Of a stretch of DNA of 62,000 bases, positions 9,854 to 18,484 are shown piece after piece. Each line of letters begins with the position of its first letter. Positions within the stretch are counted from its first letter, which is position 1. The notes under the pieces are model-generated. The model ran no database searches, was not told where the DNA came from, and was given only the letters and a program-made list of their open reading frames with translations. The stretch is from Hyalangium minutum (GTDB lineage: Bacteria > Myxococcota > Myxococcia > Myxococcales > Myxococcaceae): NCBI RefSeq assembly GCF_000737315.1, contig NZ_JMCB01000008.1:20001-82000 (forward strand). Direction: 5' to 3'. The position numbers and the translations under genes were made by a program.

Positions 9854-12283
9854 CTACTCCGCCTTGAGCCCTTCGACCGGCTCCACACTGCTGGCCTTGA
9901 GCGCCGGATAGATGGAGGCCAGGTACGTGACGAGCACCGCGATGACCACGGCCAGGATCGTCTGCACGGGCTCGATCTTCACCGGCAGCGCGGGGATGTA
10001 ATAGACCTGCGGGTCCAGCTTGATGCCCACTTTCTCGATGAAGAGGCACCAGGCCAGGCCGGACAACAGCCCCAGCAGGCCTCCGGCCACGCCAATCTGC
10101 AGGCCCTCCGCGAGGAAGATCTTCACGATGCCGCCGTCGGGCACGCCCAGCGCCTTGAGGACGGAGATCTCCTTGCGCTTCTCCAGCACCAGCATGATGA
10201 CCGTGGCGACGATGAGCCCCGCGGCCACGATGATGATGATGGAGAGGATGATGCCCATCACCAGCTTCTCCAGGCGCAGCGCGGAGAAGAGGTTGCGGTT
10301 GGTCTCGCTCCAGTCGCGAGCCCGGTAGGGGTAGCTGCCCAGCTTGCGGACCACCTCGGCGGCGATGTGCCGCGCGTCGTCGATGTCCGCCACCTTGAGA
10401 TCGATGCCGTTGGCGCCCTTCACGTCGAAGAACTTCGCGGCCTCGTCCAGCAAGATGTAGACGAACTTGGCGTCATACTCGTACATGCCCGAGTAGAAGA
10501 CGCCAGCCACGCGGAATACGCGGCTCTTCGGCATGGGCCCCTGCGGCCCCAGCTCCGTGCCCAGCGGCGAGACGATGTTCACCTTGTCGCCCACCACCAC
10601 GCGCAGGGCTGCGGCCAGCTCGCGCCCGAGGACGATGCCCGCCAGCACCTGCTCCTGTGCCGGCTTCGTCCTCTTGCCGATGATGGGGTCCTCCTCCTCT
10701 TCCTCCTCGGGAGCGCTCTGCGTGCCGGAGCCCTGCCCGCCCGCGGGCTTGTCGTCCAGCATGGGCCCGCCCGCGCCTCGGCGCACGCGGTCAGAGAGGA
10801 TGAGCTCCGGCTTCTTGAGGTACTCCAGCGAGCCGCCCGGCAGCATGTACCCCGGCAGGTCCGTCACCGAGCCCACCGTGTCCGGATCGATGCCCTTGAT
10901 GACCACGCCGTCCACGTTGCCGTCCGAGACGATCATCACCTGGTTGGTGATGAACGGCGACTGGCCGATGACGCCGGGCACCTTGGCGATCTGCTCCATC
11001 AGCTTGGGGTACTCGGGCAGGTCTCCCGCGTACTTGGACACCACCGCGTGCGCGTGCGTGCCGAGGATCTTCTGCTGCAGATCGATCTCGAAGCCGCTCA
11101 TCACCGACAGCACGACGATGAGCGCCATCACGCCCACGCCGACGCCGCCCACGGACAGCGCCGTCATCATCATCGTGGGCGACTGCTCGCGCAGCTTGAG
11201 CTTGTGGAGCGCCTCGGCGGCGGCGAGCGGATCGGCCAGGCCCAGGGCGCGGATACGGGTGCGCTCGACCGCGGCCTCCACTGCCCGGACGATGCCGTAG
11301 ATGAGCAGCGGCGGGACGATGCCCAGCATCAGCACCGCCATGGTGCCCAGCAGCAGCGAGGGGCGGAACACCGCCACATGCCGGCGGGCCACGAACAGCT
11401 CGAAGCCCGCGCGCAGATCCAACCGGCCGCTGCCCGCTGCGACGAAGCCGGAGTTGATGCCGAGCACCAGCATCAGCACGAGCAGCCCGAACACCAGCCA
11501 GTAGGACAGCTCGGGGCGGCCGATGAGACCCGCGACGTAGGTGACTTCACGCAGCAGGGGCCCCAGGCGAGCCTGGAGGATGCTCACCCGATCCAGCAGC
11601 GTGAGCAGGATGGGGATGGGCAGGCCCAGGTAGAAGACACCGATGGTGGCCTCGGGCAGCGACAGCCGCTTGGCCCGCGCCGCGCCGATAGCTCCCGAGA
11701 TGAACGCCACGCCGCACGCCACCAGGAGCGCCACCGCGAAGGCCCAAGGAGGCGCCAGCTTCCACGAGCTGGAGGCCGCTGTCGCCTCGTCCAGTTGCAC
11801 GCCGCTGGAGAGCAGCGTCTGCAGCAGGATGAGGACCATCTCCGCCAGCAGGACACCGCCGCCGTAGGCCCCCAACGTGCTCCAGTAGAAGTCCCGATAG
11901 CCCGCGAGCCGGGGGTACAGCGTGGCTCCCGCGGCGGGGCTCGGGCCCTCGGTGGTAGCCGGAGCCCGGCGAATGCCCGCAGCCAGGATGCCCCAGCCGG
12001 CCAGCCAGGCGAGCGTGCCCGCCACGAGGAACTGCGTGCCCCCGAGCGCCAGCGGCTGCTTCAGCCCGAGCTCGACCGGGATGATGGACAGGGCGTTGAG
12101 GGTGGACAGGAGACTGCCCCACCCCATGAGCGACACACCGAGCGAGCTGGCCACCTCGGCCCAGGCCTGAGAACGGGAAACAGCCACCCCGAGCAGCACG
12201 AAGCCCACGAGGGCCACGAGCGAGCCGGCCCAGATGAGGCCCCAGCGATAGACGGTCTGCCGTTCAGCGGTTTGCACAGGCAC
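9854..12283 (-). CDS. LolC/E (LolF-like) lipoprotein-releasing permease with a large extra N-terminal membrane domain
   Basis: The C-terminal about 500 aa is typical LolC/E (ALIVVLSVMSGFE, FYSGMYEYD, LRLEKLV, VLEKRKEISVLKALG, IYPALKAS). The first about 290 aa is an additional multi-TM region. Confidence 0.88.
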   Translation of the reverse strand: MPVQTAERQTVYRWGLIWAGSLVALVGFVLLGVAVSRSQAWAEVASSLGVSLMGWGSLLSTLNALSIIPVELGLKQPLALGGTQFLVAGTLAWLAGWGILAAGIRRAPATTEGPSPAAGATLYPRLAGYRDFYWSTLGAYGGGVLLAEMVLILLQTLLSSGVQLDEATAASSSWKLAPPWAFAVALLVACGVAFISGAIGAARAKRLSLPEATIGVFYLGLPIPILLTLLDRVSILQARLGPLLREVTYVAGLIGRPELSYWLVFGLLVLMLVLGINSGFVAAGSGRLDLRAGFELFVARRHVAVFRPSLLLGTMAVLMLGIVPPLLIYGIVRAVEAAVERTRIRALGLADPLAAAEALHKLKLREQSPTMMMTALSVGGVGVGVMALIVVLSVMSGFEIDLQQKILGTHAHAVVSKYAGDLPEYPKLMEQIAKVPGVIGQSPFITNQVMIVSDGNVDGVVIKGIDPDTVGSVTDLPGYMLPGGSLEYLKKPELILSDRVRRGAGGPMLDDKPAGGQGSGTQSAPEEEEEEDPIIGKRTKPAQEQVLAGIVLGRELAAALRVVVGDKVNIVSPLGTELGPQGPMPKSRVFRVAGVFYSGMYEYDAKFVYILLDEAAKFFDVKGANGIDLKVADIDDARHIAAEVVRKLGSYPYRARDWSETNRNLFSALRLEKLVMGIILSIIIIVAAGLIVATVIMLVLEKRKEISVLKALGVPDGGIVKIFLAEGLQIGVAGGLLGLLSGLAWCLFIEKVGIKLDPQVYYIPALPVKIEPVQTILAVVIAVLVTYLASIYPALKASSVEPVEGLKAE

Positions 12284-12288
12284 CTTGG

Positions 12289-13842
<1,554 letters not shown>

Positions 13843-13866
13843 GGCGCGTCCCTTCAAGGGCGCGGC

Positions 13867-13895
13867 ACCGTAGCCAAGCGCTCCCCGGGACGCAA
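13867..13895 (-). promoter_or_regulatory. Putative sigma70-type promoter of lysS
   Basis: Minus strand reads TTGCGT-N17-TACGGT, with the -10 ending 24 nt before the ATG. Confidence 0.6.
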
Positions 13896-13957
13896 CGCAT
13901 CATGTCCTGTTTATGAGAGCCGGAAGGTTCGCTCGGAGTCTCTCCCCGGCAGGGAGG

Positions 13958-14341
13958 TCACGAAGCGGACAGCATCAGGAAGGCGGCCACCGCCGCGGCT
14001 AGCAGCAGCGGAATCAGCACCTCCACGGGCACCCGGTGGTAATTGTGCGCCAGGTGCAGCTTGCGCAGCCCGAACCGCCGCTCGCGCTTCACCCGGTTCA
14101 GCACCATCGACGTCATCACCGGCGGCGCCTTCTCCCGCTCCACCGTGCGAACCCGCTGGACCGTCTTCTCGTACCGCACCCACCCCGCACGGCACTCATC
14201 GCAGCCGTCCAGGTGCGAACGCACCGCCGTCGCCTGCGGCTCCGGCAGTTCCTCGTCAGCCAGCGCGAAGAACAGCGCCTTCGCTTCCCGGTGGTTCAGT
14301 TGCGGTTCCACGTCCCTCAGTCTCCGCTGAATCCCACTCAT
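13958..14341 (-). CDS. Zinc-binding (zf-HC2/ZAS) anti-sigma factor with a C-terminal TM helix
   Basis: HLDGCDEC matches HxxxCxxC. Hydrophobic C-terminus. Overlaps the ECF sigma stop codon (ATGA). Confidence 0.85.
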   Translation of the reverse strand: MSGIQRRLRDVEPQLNHREAKALFFALADEELPEPQATAVRSHLDGCDECRAGWVRYEKTVQRVRTVEREKAPPVMTSMVLNRVKRERRFGLRKLHLAHNYHRVPVEVLIPLLLAAAVAAFLMLSAS

Positions 14342-14955
14342 TCCTCAAGCCGCCCCAGCAGGTCCGCCAGTTTCTCACGCGCCCGGTGCAACCTGCTCTT
14401 CACCGTCCCCTCCGCCAACTCCGTGATCTCGATAATTTCCTCGTAACTCAGCCCTTCAATATCTCGCAGCGCCACCAACATCCGCGCGTCCGGCTCCAGC
14501 TGCGAGATCGCCCACTGCACCCGCGCCCGCTCCCGCGCCGACTCCAATGCCGCGTCAGGCCCTGGCGGTGCGCCCATGGCATTCATCAGCGCATCTTCGC
14601 CCACTTCTCCATACTCCTCGGAGCGGCCCCGGCCTCGGCGCTTCAGGTACTTGAGGCGGTTGATGCACTGGTTCTTGCTGATGCGGAAGATCCACGTGGA
14701 CAGCTTGGAGTCCTCGCGGAACTTGCCCACGTTCTGGTGGATGCTCACGAAGATCTCCTGGACGAGATCACTCGCCTCCTCGCGGTCCCCCAGCATCCGG
14801 ACGCAGAAGTCGTAGACCCGGTCCTGGTGCTCGCGCACGAGCACCTCGAAGGCCTCGGGCTCGCCCCGGCGCAGCCTCGCCAGGAGCAGACGGTCACCCT
14901 CCCCGTCCACCGCCCCAGCCTCCTGTCCTATGCCGAGCACTTCGCTCGAAGACAC
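14338..14955 (-). CDS. ECF RNA polymerase sigma factor (RpoE-like)
   Basis: Region 2 (DLVQEIFV...KLSTWIFRI..NQC) and region 4 (LRDIEGLSYEEI...GTVKSRLHRAR). GTG at 14955 lies 6 nt after a GGAGG SD; the ORF track starts at 14976. Confidence 0.93.
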   Translation of the reverse strand: MSSSEVLGIGQEAGAVDGEGDRLLLARLRRGEPEAFEVLVREHQDRVYDFCVRMLGDREEASDLVQEIFVSIHQNVGKFREDSKLSTWIFRISKNQCINRLKYLKRRGRGRSEEYGEVGEDALMNAMGAPPGPDAALESARERARVQWAISQLEPDARMLVALRDIEGLSYEEIIEITELAEGTVKSRLHRAREKLADLLGRLEE

Positions 14956-15027
14956 CGGCACCCTCCGTGGCCCCACTCCCAGGCATCCCTGCAGCCTACT
15001 ACATCGGCTCCGGCTGCCCGCGGACCC

Positions 15028-15055
15028 TTGGACACCGGGCCCGCGAAGAGGTTCC
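15028..15055 (-). promoter_or_regulatory. ECF (sigmaE-type) promoter upstream of the ECF sigma gene
   Basis: Minus strand reads GGAACC-N16-GTCCAA, matching the GGAAC/GTC ECF consensus, about 70 nt upstream of the sigma start. Confidence 0.7.
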
Positions 15056-15066
15056 CGGAGGCGCGA

Positions 15067-16189
15067 TTAGTCGACGGCGGCGTTGCGGTTGGGGTTCTTC
15101 ACCCCGAGCAGCTGCGCGGTGATGAAGTCGTCCAGGCTGCCGTCCAGCACCGAGTCCACGTTGCCCGTCTCCACGCCCGTGCGCAGGTCCTTCACCATGC
15201 GGTACGGCGCCAGAACGTAGCTGCGGATCTGCGAGCCGAAGGAGATGTCCTTCTTCTGCGCCTCGGCCGCGTCGCGCTCGGCCTCGCGCCTCTTCAGCTC
15301 CATCTCGTACAGGCGCGCCCGGAGGATCTTGAACGCCATGTCCTTGTTGGCCGACTGCGAGCGCTCCGTCTGGCAGGTGATCAGGATGCCCGTGGGCAGG
15401 TGCCGCAGCTGCGCCGTGGACGAAGTCTTGTTCACCTTCTGGCCGCCCGCGCCGCCGCCCCGGATGAACTTCAGCTCGTAGTCCTTCTCCGGGATGTCGA
15501 TCTTGATGGAGTCATCCACCTCTGGGTAGACGTCCACCGAGGCAAAGGCCGTCTGCCGCCGCGCGTTCGCATCGAACGGGCTGATGCGCACCAGCCGGTG
15601 CACGCCGATCTCCGCCTTGAGGTAGCCGTAGGCGTACTCGCCCTTGATGTGGAGCGAGACGTTCTTGAAGCCCGCCTCCTCGCCCGCGACCATGTCGTTG
15701 ACTTCCACTTCCCAGCCGCGCTGCTCGCAGAAGCGCGTGTACATGCGCATCAGCATGGCCGCCCAGTCCATGCTGTCCGTGCCGCCCGCGCCCGCGTTGA
15801 TGTCCATGAAGCAGTTGCTGCGGTCGTTCTCACCCGACAGCATCCGCGCCAGTTCCAGCTTGGCGACCTCCGCCTCCAGCGCCGGCAGCGTGCTCTCCGC
15901 CTCTTGGGCGCTGGCCTCGTCATGGGCCTCCTGCGCCAGCTCCATCAGCGTCTGCGCGTCGTCCAGGCCCCGGAGCGTCTTGTCAAAGGAGCCGACGCTG
16001 GCTTCCAGGTTGGACTTCTCCTTCAGCAGCGACTGGGCCTTGGTGTTGTCGTCCCAGAAGGTGGGCTGCGTGGAGTCACGCTCGATCAGCGAGATGCGGG
16101 ACCGCTTGCGGTCGAGGTCAAAGATGCCCCCGGAGCGCGAGCAGGCGCTCCCGAAGGCTGCCGATCTTCTCCATCGTGTCGTTCGCCAT
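15067..16189 (-). CDS. prfB: Peptide chain release factor 2, expressed through a +1 programmed frameshift (about 373 aa)
   Basis: GGQ motif (GGAGGQ) and the RF2 SPF tripeptide (RISPFD). A 23-codon leader frame from ATG 16189 ends CTT TGA C; the +1 frame continues DLDRKRSRI...FWDD. Confidence 0.97.
16117..16131 (-). promoter_or_regulatory. prfB +1 frameshift site
   Basis: Minus strand reads GGGGG CAT CTT TGA C: an internal SD-like run followed by the slippery CUU-UGA-C. Confidence 0.95.
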
Positions 16190-16222
16190 GGTGCTTTCCT
16201 CGTTGAACGCGCGGCGTGCGCG

Positions 16223-17536
16223 CTAGGGAGTCTTCAGGGTGGAAGAGAGGGGCTGACGCTCGGACTTGCGGCTTCCTGAGGCCACCTGCGCCAGCAGCCG
16301 GTCCAGATCGAAGGCGCCCGAGAAGCCCAGCGAGATGGGCAGGATGAAGGCGATCAGCCGCCAGTTATCCTGGTTGAACGCCGGGAGGAGCTTGAGTGCC
16401 AGCCCGAGCGTCCCGGTGGCCGCCAGCGTCCGCCACAGGAAGCGCAGCCCCGAGCGCGCCCGCGCCGAGCCCCACGTCAGCATGAGCCCCAGCGGCGCCA
16501 CCAGCAGCGTGAGCGGGTTGGCCAGGAAGAGGTTCTCGTTGCGGTACGTCACCGTGTGGTCCGTGAAGAGCCACATGATCATCAGCACGGTGCCCGGCAA
16601 GCCCAGCACCAGTCCCAGCACCACCTGCTCCAGCCCCAGCAGCACACGCGGCAGCCGAGCCCCTCGCCGTCCCCAGTACGCCAGCCCCACCGCACTGCCA
16701 CCGATGGCCAGGCCCAGCAGGAGCATCCATGGGCCGTAGTTCGGCGGCTCCTCGGGAGGCGGCTTCCGGTCGGACTTGTAGAACTCCCAGCTGCGCGCGA
16801 CAAGCGGCGCCTTCTGCCCGTCTGGCCCCGTCACCTGGAGCGAGCCCACCTGCCGCTCCAGCTCGTCCGGGAGGAAGGCCTCCTCCCAACGGGTGACGGG
16901 CCGGTCGATCTCGTCGTTCATCAGGAAGTCGAGAAGCACGCTCATGGGCGCGCTGACCGCGGTGTAGCGCCGCGTGTGCTCGCGCAGCGTCATCCGCCCC
17001 GGGGCCTTGTCCGCCTCCCGGAGCTGTCCACCAATGGCTCGGTCCACCATGTCCCGGAGCCGGGTGACGCAGTTGTCGTTGTAGTGGTGGTAGAGATACT
17101 CGCGGTTCTCCGGCAGGACGTTCGTCGCGAGCAGGCGGCCAATCTCCTCACGCTGCACGGGCGTCAGGTTCAGCTCCTGGACGCGCACGTCCCGGTTGTA
17201 CGCCCGGTAGGCCCGGTAGGTCCCCGCCACGCTCGCCTCGGCCACCCAGAACTCCAGCCGCCCCATCGCGTAGCGGCCGAGCATGGTCGAGTCGAAGGAG
17301 AACATCCCGTAGTTGTAGAGGCGCGCCGCACCCAGCCGCTTGTCCTCCACCACCAGCGAGCCATGCCCCCACCACGAGGCCACGTCATCCCCAGGGCTGA
17401 ACGTCACCAGCGAGATGACCAGATCCTCGCCCTTGCTCTCCCCAGTCCCCCAGGGAGGCGGTGAGGCCGCGAGGGCCGGTGCCGCGAAGAGCAGCAGGCC
17501 GAGCAGGCAGGCAATCCATGGCGCAGATCGGGGCAT
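16223..17536 (-). CDS. DUF4105-domain membrane protein, lipoprotein N-acyltransferase Lnb-like
   Basis: Signal peptide, then SLVTFSPG...WWGH...YNYGMFSF...Y.YHHYNDNC (His about 17364, Cys about 17070), then about 5 C-terminal TM helices including the NENLFLANPL motif. Confidence 0.8.
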   Translation of the reverse strand: MPRSAPWIACLLGLLLFAAPALAASPPPWGTGESKGEDLVISLVTFSPGDDVASWWGHGSLVVEDKRLGAARLYNYGMFSFDSTMLGRYAMGRLEFWVAEASVAGTYRAYRAYNRDVRVQELNLTPVQREEIGRLLATNVLPENREYLYHHYNDNCVTRLRDMVDRAIGGQLREADKAPGRMTLREHTRRYTAVSAPMSVLLDFLMNDEIDRPVTRWEEAFLPDELERQVGSLQVTGPDGQKAPLVARSWEFYKSDRKPPPEEPPNYGPWMLLLGLAIGGSAVGLAYWGRRGARLPRVLLGLEQVVLGLVLGLPGTVLMIMWLFTDHTVTYRNENLFLANPLTLLVAPLGLMLTWGSARARSGLRFLWRTLAATGTLGLALKLLPAFNQDNWRLIAFILPISLGFSGAFDLDRLLAQVASGSRKSERQPLSSTLKTP

Positions 17537-17611
17537 GTTCTGTCCAACAGCGAGAGCCCTACCTACCTATCATGCGCGCCGCGCGACACAACGGAGAGGT
17601 TCGCCCGACTG

Positions 17612-18457
17612 TCAGACAAGCCGCCGGGCCCGGCTGGCCCGCACCGCGTCGGCCACCATGCCCCCCTGCCCGAGGAGCTTCTCCTCCAGGGTCGCCATCT
17701 TCCGGGCGTCCTGGGGGCGCTCGTGGTCGTGCCCGAGCAGGTGCAGCAGGCCGTGAGCAAGGTAGCGGGACACCTCCTGCTCCAGCGTCCGGCTGTACTC
17801 CTTGGCCTGCCGCTTGGCCGTGTCCAGGGAGATGACCACGTCCCCCAGCTGCCGCGGCCCCGGCGTGCCCTTGGGCAGATCGCCCGCCGGGAAGCTCAGC
17901 ACGTCCGTGGCCTTGTCCTTCTTGCGCCACGTCCGGTTGAGCCGGCGGATCGCCCGGTCCCCCACCAGCGAGAGGGACAGCTCACAGCCGTGCAGGTCCA
18001 GCCGGTCCATGTACGTGCGCCCCAGCGAGGCGAGCCACTTCTCCATCGCCTCGCCCTGGGCGTGCGCCACCTGCACGGTGACGTGGTTGGCCTCGGGGGT
18101 CTCCTCCACGGTCTCTGCGTGCGCCAGCTCGGGCCGGAACGCCGGGGCGCAGATGGACCAATAGTCACATGCCCCCTGCCCGTCGTTGCTGTACGTGACG
18201 CGCCGGCCCCGGGGCACCCAGCCCACCTCTCCCGCGGCGATGCGCTCGCGCTTGCCGTCGATGACCAGCGTCAGCTCGCCGCGCAGCACCAGCACGGCCT
18301 CGTCGAACTCGGGCTTCTGCGCGGGCTCGGACCAGCCCGGCGGCGCCAGCATCCGCGCCACGGACACGGAGGGATTCCCCGTGGTCGCCGCGCCAATGAA
18401 CTCCTCGATGCGCTTCCCATCCTCGCGGGGGATGAGCTTTCCCTTGCGCAGTCTCAC
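17612..18457 (-). CDS. ybeY: Cupin-YbeY fusion (rRNA maturation endoribonuclease with an N-terminal EutQ-like cupin)
   Basis: C-terminal half has LNRTWRKKDKATDVLSF, GDVVIS and HGLLHLLGHDH. N-terminal half has a cupin signature (EPAQKPEFDEAVLVLRGEL...WVPRG...YWSICAPAF). Single continuous frame; GTG start follows GAGGAG. Confidence 0.9.
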   Translation of the reverse strand: MRLRKGKLIPREDGKRIEEFIGAATTGNPSVSVARMLAPPGWSEPAQKPEFDEAVLVLRGELTLVIDGKRERIAAGEVGWVPRGRRVTYSNDGQGACDYWSICAPAFRPELAHAETVEETPEANHVTVQVAHAQGEAMEKWLASLGRTYMDRLDLHGCELSLSLVGDRAIRRLNRTWRKKDKATDVLSFPAGDLPKGTPGPRQLGDVVISLDTAKRQAKEYSRTLEQEVSRYLAHGLLHLLGHDHERPQDARKMATLEEKLLGQGGMVADAVRASRARRLV

Positions 18458-18484
18458 GATGTGCGGCTCCTCGGGGGGACAGCC

